DNA of 64,000 nt from Callorhinchus milii (Eukaryota), in the NCBI RefSeq assembly GCF_018977255.1, contig NW_024704778.1, positions 248,001 through 312,000 of the forward strand, written 5' to 3'. The notes below the pieces were generated by a model, which was not told the origin of the DNA, made no database searches, and saw only the letters and a list, made by a program, of their open reading frames with translations. This document shows, one piece after another, positions 12,501 to 25,863 of this stretch (position 1 is the first letter of the stretch; each line of letters opens with the position of its first letter). The position numbers and the translations under genes are program-made.

Positions 12501-12799
12501 ATAGTAATAATCCTCGCATTTGATAAAGCGTCTTCGAGACGTCTCAAAGCTCTTCACAGGATACCCTTGAGACGTCTCGAAGACATGATAAGGGGATGTA
12601 TCAAATGCGAGGATTATTATTATTATTGGAAAGTGTAGTGACTGTGTGTTTTGTGGGTGACAATGTAACTGCTGTTGCAAGGTGCCATTGAGGCTAGATT
12701 TCTACAGACATTCCACATTGGACCCAGCATTGCCCAGTTCACCCTAATCTGGACCTTGTATCTCCTCAGACCATTGACCCAAAGAGAGGGGACCTTACT

Positions 12800-13280
12800 A
12801 AAGACTACAATTCCCGTCAGGCCGTTCGCAACGCTCCGCCGCCCACCGCACCCGTGCGGTCCGTGTCGGCACTTCCGATTGGTCCACAATTCCCAGCCAC
12901 GCCCGGATCGGCCAGGCCTCACCAATCGTGGCGCGCGACTCAGAGCGTGAAGCAAGAAGGAGCGAGGCAAGGATCGAGCGAGTCCGGTGTCGGCGCACCC
13001 GATTGGTCGACGCTGTCCAGCTACGCCCTGATCGGCCGGTCCTCGACCAATCAGCGCGCGCGATTCAGGGGCTTGAAGCAGGAGCGAGGGGAGCGTGAGC
13101 GAGCGAGTCTGTGCGGGCGCTCCCGATTGGCCGGCGGTCCCTCGTCACGCCCAGATCCGCCGGACCTCGACCAATCACCGAGCGCGTCTCAGGGGCGGCG
13201 GGAAGGAGGAGGCGCCCGTCGAGGCGGCGGAGCGGGAGCGAGGGGAGTTCGGCGAGGCTCGCGACGCCATTTTGTTTTTC
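12800..13280 (+). promoter_or_regulatory. HNRNPUL2 CpG-island promoter: ACTACAATTCCC motif, six CCAAT boxes, YY1-like site
   Basis: ACTACAATTCCC (ZNF143/THAP11-type) at 12804-12815. ATTGG at 12878, 13002, 13126. CCAAT at 12922, 13047, 13171. CGCCATTTTG at ~13265. Confidence 0.75.
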
Positions 13281-13538
13281 AAAAGTTGAGCCGTTAAAAG
13301 CCGTTAAAAGTCGTCGAATCGCCTCAGAGTCGGACTGAAAAGCGGCGGCGGCGAGAGATATCGACGTCCCGTGTCGTCTCCGAGGCAAAGGGGGGAGAAA
13401 AAGCCGCGTTATCCGGCCGTGAGGGGGAGTTTTCGTCTTCCCCCCTCACTCGAGGCGCTGAGAGAGGGGGAAAAAAAAAGTCTTCCCGCCTAAACTCGCC
13501 GACCTCGCCGACTCGCCGCCACGGAACCGACCGCCGCC

Positions 13539-16500
13539 ATGAGCGCGATGGACGTGAAGAAGCTCAAAGTCGCCGAGCTCCGCCAGGAGCTGCAGCGGCG
13601 CGGCCTCGACACCCGAGGCCTCAAGGCCGACCTGGCGCTGCGGCTGCAGGAGTCGCTCGACTCCGACCTCTTGTCCGAGGAAGGCGGCGGCGGCGAGGGG
13701 CCGACTAGGCCCGGCCTGATGATGGCGGCGGCCAGAGGGGGCGACGGAGACGATGCCCTGGACGATGAGGACGAGGAGGAGGAGGAGGAGGAAGAAGAGG
13801 AGGAGGAGGAGGGTGAAGAGGAGGAGGACAAGCTGCTGGCGGAGGATGAGGAGGAGGAGGAGCAGGTCGGCGGCGCGGCCGTGGATGCTGTGCGGCCTAC
13901 CGAGCAAGGCCACAACAGCAGCCGCGGTGTAACGTACTCACACGACGCCGGCAGGACGGCTCAGGCTCAGGGGCCGGAGCAGGAGCAGCTGGCGGCGGCC
14001 AAGGCCCAGGCCCCGGCCCAGGCGAGCGGGGAGGGGGCGAGAGGAGAGGCCGACGGCGCCCACCTGGGCCTTCAGGAGGCGGGGGAGGAGGAGGAGGAGG
14101 AGGCGCCCGGGCATCAGGCAGCCAGAGAGCGCAGCGGCGAGGCCCAGCCGCACAACGGCCAGGCCAGCGAGCAGCCGCGGGCCGGCGGGGAGCTGGAGAA
14201 GGTGGAGCCCGAGGCCCAGGAGGAGATGGAGGCCAGCGGCGGCCCGGAGGAGGAGGAGGAGGGGAAAGAGGCCGCGGGGTCTGGATCAGGGCCAAGGCCT
14301 GGGCCCGACGGGGGAGAGGCGGCCGAGGTGGCATCGTCTGCGGAGGCGGAGGCGGCTGCGGCTGCGTGCGACGGCGGCGGCGGCGCAGGGGAGGAAAACG
14401 GCGGCGAGAAAGCTGAGGCCAGCGGCGCGGAGCCTGGTGAGTGTGAGAGGACCTGGGCGGGAGGGGGAGAGTATCGGGCTGTGGGGTGGGGGGGGGGGTG
14501 GGAGGGGTGTCGGGTGTGGGGGTGAGTGTGTGTGGGGGTGTGTGTGTCGGGGTGTTGTGTGGGGGGGGGTGGGGGGGTGGATGTGTGTCAGGGTGCGGGG
14601 GGTATCGGGGTGGTGGGGGGGTGTGTGTGTGTCGGGGTGTTGTGTGGGGGTGGGTATGTGTCGGGGTGTTGTGTGGGGGGGGGGTGGGTGTGTGTCGGGG
14701 TGTTGTGTGGGGGGGGGGTGGGGGGGGTCGGGGTGGGGGTGTGTGTGTCGGGGTGTTGTGTGGGGGGGGGGTGGGTGTGTGTCGGGGTGTTGTGTGGGGG
14801 GGGGGTGGGGGGGGTCGGGTGGGGTGTGTGTGTCGGGGTGTTGTGTGGGGGGGGGGTGAGTGTGTGTCGGGGTGGGGGTGTGTGGGGCTGGAGGTTGAAA
14901 TCCTGTATAAGCACAGATGGAATCTCGGTTCGAGTCAAAAGATGGCACAGCAATGCAGTCCCGTTCCCCCGTCCCCCCCCCGCAGCCATACTGTATTTGT
15001 CAACAGTCCCTCCAATAAAAAAATTTTGTTGACTTCATGGCTGTGTGCAGAATGGCCGCCCTGTTTGCCTCCCAAGTGTGCACTGTGAAGGAGCTTTACA
15101 TTTTGAGATATCCCCCCCCCCGACCTGAAAGGTGGGGTATCAAACGCGAAGATATTCCTTGAGTGGACCGCCCCCTGTGAAGTATTACTGCCCACAAACA
15201 TACTCTGTTTCTTGTTCTGGAGAACAGTGAATGTTTTGCAACCCTCTGTTTTATTAAAGGGGAAATGAAATCTCAAGGGAGCAACTTTTTCTAAATATAA
15301 AGGGGGGAAAATACATTGTTTTAAACTGAATCTTGTCTGTAAAGCACATTGCTTGTGACCCCAGTTTTCTTGCACTTGATTCCTGTGGTGGTATATATTA
15401 CAGTCCAGGCTTTAGCTGTTTGGGTCGCACTTTAGACAGGTCTGAATCCGGGAATGTTTAGTACTGGGTAGGGTGCGTGGCTCTGTGCCAAGTACATTAT
15501 GTATGAACAGCGGCTGGTTTGGCAAATTATCCTTGCATTTGTTTCAAATCAATCCCAACGGATTTTCTGAATGCCCACAGGTCTTCACTGAATATGTCCC
15601 TGTTCTCTGGAATTCCTTCCTATTTTCAAAATCTTTTAAAATCTTCCTCTTCAGACCTGGCCTTTGGTCACCTCCCACTTATCCTGCTCCCCGCCCTCAC
15701 TTTCCACATTGCTCGGGTATCCACGCCACCCAGTAGAGCACTTTGGTGGGATGTTTTCCTAAATAAGAAGCTCGCTGGGATAACTCATAATTCCCTTGGG
15801 ATTAGCTGAACTAACTGTTTATGACATACCAGGCATGTAGCCACGCATCCCAGCAAAGTTCAGTATGATGCCTCGCTAGAATTGTTATAGAAACATTGTC
15901 CGCCTCCTTTATTTTACCCCCTTCCCATGACCCCCAAAACTTGCTTCATTTAGACTGTGTTTGATGATCTCATGAGTAAAGATGTGACCTGTGTCATCTA
16001 CTACTAATAATCCTTGCATTTGATACACCGCCTTATCACGTCTTTGAAAGCGCTTCACAGGATATACTGTAAAGTGTAGTGACTGTGTTTTGTGGATGAA
16101 ACACATCAGCCAGTTATGCACTGCAAGCAGTAGTTTGTAAGTTGTATTTTTTTTTAAAAAATACTTTGTTTGTATGAAACAAAGTGCAGGAAGTAACTTG
16201 TAACTTTTTCTCCACAGCAGGAGATAAACCAAGCAGTGAGACGAATCTGGGAGAGGGGAGCAGCGAAGCCCGGGGGTCTGATGGTGAGCGGCGGGGAAAG
16301 CGACGTCATGAGGAGCGTGGCCGAGGTTATTATGAATTCAGGGAGGAGACTTACTACAACCGGTGAGTGGGTTAATGTTATTTTTCTCTATAAGTAAACC
16401 AGTAAACTGCCACAGGGTTTATTTTGGGGGCAGGAGTTTCTAAAGCTTTCACTTTGATAAGGAAAATGAAAGTAGCTCTAAGTTAATCTTATCCAGTGAT

Positions 16501-19500
16501 TGGGACGGAGATAAACATTCCTACTTAGAGACATTGCAACAATATCAACGCTGTGCATTGATATCTAACCTAAATTGAATATGCCATATCGACCTGCTCT
16601 CTTGCTCACTCCCTCTGCTAAACGGGCTCTGGCCTTCTCCACCTTCCTCACCATCAGGCCTTCAGCTTCTCTGCCCCCACTCGCCCCCCCCCCCCCACAG
16701 TCCCTTCATCTCGCTGTCTCCTTCAAGGCCCGTCTCAAGACCCTTTTTTCCTCTTCTGATTTCTGCAGCTATCTCTAACATTGCCTGTTGCTCCCTACAG
16801 GGCTCGGTCCCCATTGACTGTGGTGAATGAAGAGGCTGAAGAGGAATTTGACGACAGTTTAGTTTGTCTCGATGCCTGTAAGTGTGACGTTCTGTAAGGC
16901 GAAGGCCAAATGTTTACTCTTAGTGCTTTGCATTTTTAATGGATCAATCAGAAGAGTCTGACCGACCCTAGTCTAGACTGTCACCTTGTGGGACTAGAAC
17001 CCCGATCTGCCAGAAAATCTTGTTGGACGTTTGAGTTGATGTTTTGCCAGATACTTTCATGTCGGAAAGCTTGATGATTTGTGTTGCTAATGCTGTGTTT
17101 GTGACGTAAGCTTGCTTTACGAACATAAGAATTGCTAAGCGAAACCGTACAGTTTGCCTTCCACCATCCTGGCAGTCGCTTGACCTGTCGTGTCTCAAAC
17201 TATACTGTATTATCCCCAGATATTATTTTCTAGCAGAAATTGTTCTCGTTTGTTCTTGAAACAAGCAACACTTTCTACTTCCACTGTCTTTCCCCGAGGG
17301 AGCCTGTGCTGTTCTACACTTTTACTACTCGCTCACTGAACCTTTACATTGTGAAGGGGCGTTGGGTTTGGAGTGCACAATCACGGGCAAGAAAGTTGAA
17401 TGATATTGCCCTGTGGTCTGGATCACATGGTGTAGTTATTAGACTCTAGCAGGTACGAAGCCTTCACTACTCTGCCTCTCAGAATTGGGATCAACCCTGG
17501 GGTTTTAAACGGCTCGAGAGCGACAAAAAAGTAGAGAAATCCGTGTCTTATAGTGTAATCAGAGTGTAAGTTTTTTATGTAAGGCCATATCTTTAGGGTT
17601 TTGTTTGCTCTTTGTTTTTTTTTTCCAATTCTCTACTTTTTCCAAGTCCCTGACTCCCACTGGGTCCAGTTCCTCAGGGACCAGCCCCCCTTTGCTACCT
17701 CTCCAGGTGTGAGCTTGGATAGTCAGTGCTTGCCACTGGTTTGAGTGTGGTGGTGGGGTTGGGGATTCCTACTTGTGACCTAGACTCTTTTCTAGGTCTT
17801 GTTCCTTGTTGGGAGTGTAATTTCTGGGCACGTGCTAAAAGGCTGTCAGTGGGCGCATGCTGATGTTTGTTTCTCTTGAACAGATCACTCTGATATTCAC
17901 TTTGACATGACCAAGGATCGTTATGGGGGGCAGCCACTCTGTCCCGAGAAGTTTGCTTATCTGTGGGCCGGAGCTAGGGCCACGTATGGGGTGGCAAAGG
18001 GCAGCGTTTGCTTTGAGATGGTGAGAGCTATCAGCATTCTTGATGAGTCCTGTACTGGTAAACATGACATTGAGAGCATCCACTATAAATATAATAATCA
18101 TATTAATCTAGTTAGGAAGATATATGTCAGGCTCTTTACAAACCCCTTTTCTTGAAAAACCTCAAGCCTTTAGAAACCTTTTTTGGGCGCTGCACCTCAG
18201 GAAAGATATATTGTCCCTTCAACAGAATGATACCAGGCCTTAAATGGTTAAATTACGAGGGCAGGTTGCATAAACCTGGTCTATATTCCCTTGAGTTCAG
18301 AAGGTTAAGTAAGGGGTGATGTGTTTGAAGTGTTTAAAATGATGATGGGATTCAATAGGGTAGCTCTAGAGAAACTATTTCCTCTGGTGGGTGGGGGGAA
18401 TCCAGAACAAGGGGCATCATCTTAAAATTAGAGCTGGGCTTTAGGAGTGAAATCGGGGGCAGTTTTTCACCCAAAAGCTGGTGAAAATCTGGATCTCTCT
18501 CCTCCAAAAGACTGGATTATGCTGGATTCATTCACATTGTCCAGACTGAGGTGGATAAGTCAGGGTATCAAGGGATATGGAGCAAAGGAGTGAGGGGCGC
18601 GGTGTAAAGGGATGTCGTCTTTAAAGGGAAGTGGAACTTGTCCAATGGCTGCTCACACTCTTGGTTGCAGGTGGCACAGAAGATTGCTGTGAAGCCGGTG
18701 TTTGAGAACGAATGTGAAGGACACATTGTTCGTGTGGGGTGGTCTGTGGATAGCTCCTCCCTGCAGCTGGGTTAGTGACATCCGCGGGTCTCCATGATGG
18801 GGTTTCACACTCCTTTTCAAAAACCCTCCCTACCTTTCCGTCCTGCTTTCACTCGACTGGCTCCAGCCTCCTGCATGTCCCTCGTGTCCTCCATTCCACA
18901 ATTGGCTGCCGTGCTTTCAGCCACTATGCCCAGAGATTCTGGAACACTATCTCTATCCCTCCCTCCACCATGCCCCTTCCTTCCCCATTTCAGGTTCTGC
19001 CTGAAGACCTTCCACTCCGACCCATGTCTACGATCATCTCCTTCTTCCTTCCCCCCCCCCCCCCAGCTTGGCATCATGATCTGCCACCGTTAAGCGCTCT
19101 GGGACGCTACCTGTGTGAGGGGCGCTGTGTAAATACAAGTTGGTGGTGGTGGGGCGGATTAGGCAGGCAACGTGGAAACAGGTGGGTGGTGGGAGGGAAT
19201 GGTCTGCTTCGGGTTTATTGTGTGACCAGTTGTACCGGCTCTAGATGTGGGTTGTCTGGTCGTGGCCAGTAATGCTCTGTTGTTTTCAGGAGAAGATGAG
19301 CTTTCCTATGGCTATGATGGAGTCGGGAGAAAGTGGGAAAATGCCACGTTTGAGGAATTTGGAGAGAAGTTTGGTGAGAATGATGTGATCGGGTGTTTTG
19401 CGGTGAGTATGGCGCTTTGTGATCTCATCTCCTGTGATCTCGTGTGTTCCTTCAGACTCTCTGCCTCATCCCTCTGGAACTCCATCCCATAGTCCCTCCG

Positions 19501-20313
19501 CCTTGCTCCCTCCCTCGCCTCCTACAAGGCCTGTCTCAAGACTCTCTTGGGCCGCACCTATGGTCGGTCGCCCTCCATAGGCATATCAAAAACTTGATAA
19601 GGCTCTACAAGAACAGCAACAAAATTACATTTATAGAGCGCCTTTCGCTTCGGGAGGACGGTATCAAATCTATATCAAATGCAAGGATTATTAGTCACTA
19701 GTTGACGACAATTTTAAATTACATAGTGCCTTCACAGAGGTTAGGGTCTCCAGAGTGCTGCACGATGGTGGGATGAGCCCTCACTGGGCTGGTGGCGGGT
19801 ATTGAGCACTTGCTGTGCGTGGGGAGGGATTTAGTCCATTATAAATGGCCGTCTGAGTGAATGGGGTAAAGAATGGATCATGTGTGAGGGTGTCAGGTGG
19901 CCACTATAACAGGTGCCATGTTTTCTGCCGCAGAATTTCGACGGGGAACAGGTGGAGCTTTCCTTCTCCAAGAATGGCGAGAGTGTGGGCGTGGCCTTCA
20001 CCATCAGCAAGGAGGTGCTTGGTGACCGGGCACTCTTCCCACACGTGTTGACCAAGAACTGCTCGGTGCAGTGCAACTTCGGGCAGAAGGAGGAACCTTT
20101 CTTCCCAATCCCTGAGGATTACACCTTCATCCATACCGTTCCCGTGGAGGACCGTGTCCACGGCTCCCCAGGACCCCAAACCAGAGCCGACTGCGAGGTG
20201 AGGGTCTGCATTTTATTGCTCGCTCATTCGCCTCGAGGCTGACAACGAGATCTTGTTGTGTGAAACGTGACTGCCATGTTTGCCTACAGAAAATGGGCTC
20301 TATACTTGACAGC

Positions 20314-20347
<34 letters not shown>

Positions 20348-23300
20348 CCCCACTGCCCACTGAGTAACTAACACACCTGATGGCTTTGAGCATCTTTCCT
20401 TTGAAGCAAGATGTGTTTTGCCTATGCTAGATTACTGTCACAGAATGTGGGTGGTGTGCGTATGGGGAGTAGGGGCGGGGGGAACGAGAGAGACTGGTTA
20501 GTGGCTTGTGCTACAGTAAGTCTTCTACGAATTGATCTGATCCGTACTGTGCAGTGAGTGTCATTGTCACATATGTGTCACAGGTGATAATGATGGTTGG
20601 GATGCCTGGCTCGGGTAAGACTACCTGGGTGAAGAAACACGTAGCGGAGAACCCAGAGAAGAGGTACAGCGTGCTAGGAACCAACAACATCCTGGACAAG
20701 ATGAGGGTAAGCAACAGAGCAGGTTTTTCCGTACGGTTAAAGAGCGTCATATTATTCCGTGACATGTTTGGCACTTTGCTACCCAGTGGAACGATGGAGT
20801 CCTGCAGGGTTCAATTCCCAAGAGGGCAGGGCGAAACCTCAGGCAAGTTTCCTTACTGTACGAGCTTCTCACGGCGATGCACTGTTTGTTTGCAGGTAAA
20901 GGGGCTGGAGGGCCAGCCCACCCTGACAGAGCCCAAGCACGTGCTCATCCAGCAGGCCACGCAGTGTATGAGCAAGATGATTCAGGTCGCTGCCTGCAAG
21001 AAACGCAATTACATCCTCGATCAGGTGAGCTGTCGCCCGCACCCCTACGCACCAGGTGTAAATTTTGGGAGTCCTGTAGCTCAGTGGCAAGAGCAATCAT
21101 CTTGCAAGTGAGAGACCTGGGTTTGATTCCCGACACACACCCACACAGCTGCCCTATACTCAATTCAACTATGTGAAAAGGCGTATCAAATGCGAGGATT
21201 GTTATTTTCTGCTTTCAGAGCAATGTGTACAGCTCGGCCCAGAGGAGGAAGCTGGTCCCCTTCAAGGGGTTTAGCCGCAAAGCGGTGGTGGTCTGCCCGA
21301 CTGAGGAGGACTGGAAGGCCAGGATGCAGATGAAACTGGAGGAGGGAGAAGATGTCCCTGATTTTGCAGTGCTGGAGATGAAAGGTGAGGGCACACTGGG
21401 GCTTCACAGGGCTGTGTGTGCTTGCTGTATAACACACAGCCTGTAAAAGTGCTCCAGGATGCTATCCTATGTACATGCAAGTTGTTGTAACCTCCTGTAA
21501 CTCAATCAGAACCTGCAGCCTGTATCCTCTCCCTCTATCCTTTCTCCAACCAACCAACCCACCCATTACCCCTGTCCTTGCCAGGGCTCAGACCCTATCC
21601 TGTCAGACCCTGATGCTGTTGGCAGGTGCCAGTGGCTCCCAGATCCCAGTAGATTTTACTGCAAGATAACTATCGAGTCCTGTAGCATCGAGGATAGAGC
21701 AAGAGGACCTGGGTTTGATTCCCGGGTGGAACTGTAGGCAATTTTCCTTATTCCTCAACACCCACACCCACACCACACACACACACACACACACACACAA
21801 ATACGACTGTTTATGGGACACTGCTGTGCGCAATTAGCTGCCCACGAAACACATACAGTCACTGCACTTTACAGTGTATCCTATGAAATGCTTTGAGATG
21901 TCTTGGAAGACCTCATGAGGGGCTGTATCAAATGCAAGGATTATTATGCTTATCCGACTGTTTTCTCCTCCCCCCTCTGCTGCTCTCAGCGAACTACAAC
22001 CTCCCCGAGCCGGGTGACTTGCTGGACGAGGTGATGTATGTGGAGCTGGAGAAGGAGACAGCGGTCAAGCTGGTGGACAAGTACCGAGACGAGGCCAAAA
22101 AATCCCGGCCTCCGCCTGAGAAACGTCAGGATCGCCGTAACAGCCGCAACCGCAACAACAGGGAACGCAACTATGGTACATTAGTCATTGCCAGGCCCGC
22201 GCGTAGCGAGAGTACTCGTCTCGCAAGCAAGGGAACCCAGGTTAGATTCCTGGCTGGGCAGGGTCAGAGCACAATGTTGGGCAGGTTTCCTTACCACAGA
22301 CGCTCGCGCGCACCTCTGACTAGCAGTCAGTAGAACCCGCTTGTTAGTCGATTGGGGGTAATAGTCCCTTCAAACAGGTAATAGTAATGTGGTCACTCAA
22401 TCCACGGCTGTTTGTGGGGACGTCGCTGTGTGCAATTAGCTGCCGCATTTTGTCTACAAAACACACAGTTACTACACTTTCCAGTATATTCTGTGAAGTG
22501 CTTTGAAACGTCTCGAAGGCGTGATCAGGTGCTGTGTCAAACGCAAGGGTTAATTGAAAGCTGCTGTTGTTGTCCTCTGAACGTGAGCCATGTGCGTTTG
22601 GAGACCGGGAAGGGGAGATTGGAACCCGGAGGGGGGCAGGGCAGGGGAAAGGTCTTTGTGGTAAAACTCTTGTTGTCGTGTAGGTGGCAATCGAATGGGA
22701 AGATGGGACAACAGGAGCTATGACCGGCCACCCTATGGCCAGAACTGGCCTGCTGCAGCCTACGGCAACCATCCTGCCTATAGAGAGGTAAAATACAATC
22801 TAATCTTTTTCTCTCTCTCTCTCTCTCTGTCACTCCCTCTCTCTGTCGCGTTCCGTGTGAGCCGCAGAGTTTGAGGAGCAATTGAGCACCAGTGAGCAGG
22901 ACCTGTGAATGAGCAATGCCTGACCCTGTGGAGGGGAGGGAGGTGACGGCAGGTGAGGTGAACTGTGGTACCCGCTAACCGGCCTCGTGTCCCCACAGGA
23001 TTACCACAAGACTTATGATCGGTACAGGCAGCAGCAGCAGTACGAGCGAGCCTACGGGCAGGGGCAGGCCTATGACTACCACAGATACCGAGATTACTAC
23101 CGGGATTACGCTCGTGAGGTACGTACTGCTCCTGACTGGCTGCCTTTAGTGTTCCGGTATCCTGGGTTCGATTCCCGGGCGGGACTGGTCAGGGCGAGTT
23201 TCCTTACTCCACACGCGCGCCCTCGCCACTGATTACCCAGCACTAAGGGGGAACCCAGTTGTTAGTCGATTGGTGGATCATTGTTCTGAGCCAATAAAAG

Positions 23301-24050
23301 AAAATAAGAATTTGGTCACTTGATTTTTCCGTGATCGTTTGCGCGCAATCGGTTGCCACATTTTGCCCACGCAATACTTTCGGTGTATCCTGTGAAACTC
23401 TTCTGAGACGTCTCGAAGTCGTGGTAAGGTAGTGACTGTTTGCGATTCTTTTGCAGGCAAACGCAGCAGCCATTCTGCGTCATCAAGGTGCAACAAACAG
23501 CCAAGAGGTGAGGGACCAGTTCATGTGGGGCATTTTCTCTCTATCCCCCCCCCCCCCTTTGCTCTTTGAAATCCTATGATTAAATGCGTTCTCAAAGCCC
23601 ACCACGGCCTTGCTCCTCCTAACCCCCTACTAACTTGTCCGTTCCCACCCGCCAGGCGGGCTCCGGCATGTCCCCCACCCTGCCCCCGCCGCCCCCCACC
23701 CCGCCTTGCCCGTCCCTCCATCGGCGGGTGGGCTTCCAACCTCTCTGCCCTCACCTTTTGGAACTCCATCCCACAGGCCCTCTGCCTATCCACTTGCCTC
23801 CTTAAGGCAGGCCTCAAGCCCGTCCCCTTCAGCCACCTTCCTGCCCCCACCCATTCCCGCTTCCATCAACCCCCTATTCAGCTCGGGTCCAGAACCCTGA
23901 CTTGTCCATTCCAGCGTGAAAGACGGGCACTGTGTAAATGTCGTGTGTGTGTGTGTGTGTGTGTGGTGACATGTTCCCCCTCTCTTGCAGTGGCAGCGTT
24001 ACTACCAGGAGCGAAATCGTTACTACAGCAGCTACTACGGTTACCGATGA
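13539..24050 (+). CDS. HNRNPUL2: Heterogeneous nuclear ribonucleoprotein U-like 2 (SAP, acidic linker, SPRY, P-loop/AAA_33, RY-rich tail)
   Basis: 14 exons: 13539-14436, 16218(or 16221)-16362, 16801-16877, 17884-18020, 18671-18770, 19290-19402, 19934-20197, 20584-20706, 20896-21024, 21219-21384, 21990-22175, 22684-22787, 22999-23118, 23991-24050. All are GT-AG and phase-consistent. SAP domain [31 protein letters not shown]2-type motifs [17 protein letters not shown] and [23 protein letters not shown]. Walker A GMPGSGKT. Confidence 0.93.
18180..18590 (+). mobile_element. CR1-clade LINE 3' fragment in an HNRNPUL2 intron
   Basis: Degenerate [28 protein letters not shown]...EVFKMMMG...EKLFPLVG...SRTRG... 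motif. Confidence 0.75.
22195..22560 (+). mobile_element. tRNA-derived SINE with Deu-like core and L2-like tail
   Basis: Same family as 58836-59230: B-box-like head, core gtgcaattagctgccgcattttgtctacaaaacacacagt, tail gtgaagtgctttgaaacgtctcgaag. Confidence 0.75.
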
Positions 24051-24505
24051 GCGGGCTGCGGAGAGAGTGTCACAGCCGGGTCTCAGCAGCCTCCAGCATA
24101 ATTCTCATTCCAGTGGGGCAGCGGGTGGCTGTGGGCATTTTACTGCGTTTTGGCATAGTCTAGATGTTCTTTGTCTTTCTTTTTTTTTTTTTCCCCCCCC
24201 CCTCTCTTTCCAATTTTTAAAACCAAGTGAATGCCTGGCTTTATCAGGGGGCAATTTGAGCACCCTCCTCACCAGATATTACCACAGTAATTATACAGAA
24301 TGTATTAAAACAAACAAAAAAGAAAAAAAAAAAAAAAAAATTCCCGGACAAGATCCACCCTCGACTCTCTCTAACTGTAATGTTTTCTGTGCAGGACTCG
24401 GCGTGCAACTGTCTGAAATGGTCGTGGTGGATGGAGGGCGGCCGGGGAGGGAGGGGGGAATTCTTTATTATCCCCCATAGATTGATTCTCTCTCTCTCTA
24501 CATAC

Positions 24506-24537
<32 letters not shown>

Positions 24538-25857
24538 TGGCGCAATAAATTGCTAGCTAGCTCACTGCTTTCTGTAGTTGGTAGGAATATTTTGAAAGCC
24601 CGGGGTTTCAAGTGTTTGTGTGTTCCTTCGGTCCGCGAGAGCCCACCTTCTGTCGTGGCGGGGGACTTGTTTTTGTGAGTGGGGGGGGGTGGGCAGGGAG
24701 TACAATTAACTAACCCCCCATTGCACAGCACGAGCCACCGGTTGCTCGACAGTTCAGCCGTTCCCCGCGCTGGCGTGAAGTGAAGCGAGGGAAAGGTTTC
24801 CGCCCGCGTTTCTCCTCGAGCTCCAGGCTGCAAAACGACACGCAAACAAGAGGCTTCTAACCGTAGCAACCGCCTGTGCCGAGTCCCGTTCCCTCCCCAC
24901 GCTCTCCTCCGTCACGCCTCCTCACCCGAAGCTGAAAGCCAAGAAAACACGAGACCCCCACACCCCGACCCCCCCCCCATCACCCACACGCATTCTTCCA
25001 TAACAACTTCTATTTATATAGCTCCCCTTCACGCACGGTAACATCCTAGAGTGCTTCACAAAGAATTGACGTGTGTCTCCCCGCTCAAAAAAAGCTTCCA
25101 TTCGTTCCCTCGCCCCGTCTTCCCCCAGTTTGTCTTGTGGGTTTTCATTTGTGGGGGGGGGGGGTGGCGTTCCTCCCATCATTTTTGCGTAGGTGTGCGC
25201 GATTGATTGAAAATAAGAGACTCGTTATGTCCACTTGCCATCGGTCAGTCTATACCCTGTGTCCACTATCCCCTCAATCCCCTCCCCTCCCCACCCCCCC
25301 CTCCCCAACGCGAATGGGAAACTAAGGAGTGTGGAGAAAAAACTCTCTAAATCTGCTTTGTTGACAAGGGGAGGAGGGGGGGGGACACGTGTGTGACGTC
25401 GGTGGGAGTCGGCGAGTGAGTGGACCATTTTCTGTTGGGATTTATTTTTATTTTTTTTTCCGAACGAGTCTTAAGATGAGTTTTTACTATTTCATGATTT
25501 TTTTTTTTTTTGCAGTCCTAGTGTGTTAGTCACTGCTTCGGCTCTGCTTCTCTTTTAAATTCTGCGTCAACTCGCGCTTCCAGACCCCCCCCCCCCCTCT
25601 CTCTCCCCCCCCCCCCCCAAAAAAAAAACCCATCCCCTAGTATAATCTTACTCCGCGCGTGATTAGATTAACCACCCTCCTCCTCGCAGGTGATGGTGTG
25701 ATGAAAGGCTGCCCTGGTTGTCAGGGGTTGTGAAATCCCACGATCCTCTCATTTGCCCCCCCCTCCTGCCCCCCCGCCCCCCCCCCCCCCCGGTGGATCT
25801 TTACCACTCTGCCGGCGGAGAAGTCCTGTGACTCGGTGTAAACTTTAATTTTTAAGA

Positions 25858-25863
25858 AATAAA
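25858..25863 (+). terminator. Poly(A) signal of HNRNPUL2 (3' UTR about 1.8 kb)
   Basis: AATAAA followed by T-rich and then GT-rich sequence. Confidence 0.6.

Noticed and set aside
15014-15019. AATAAA in HNRNPUL2 intron 1 as an autoregulatory intronic poly(A) site
   Set aside because: A single hexamer within an A-run is expected by chance, with no supporting evidence from sequence alone.
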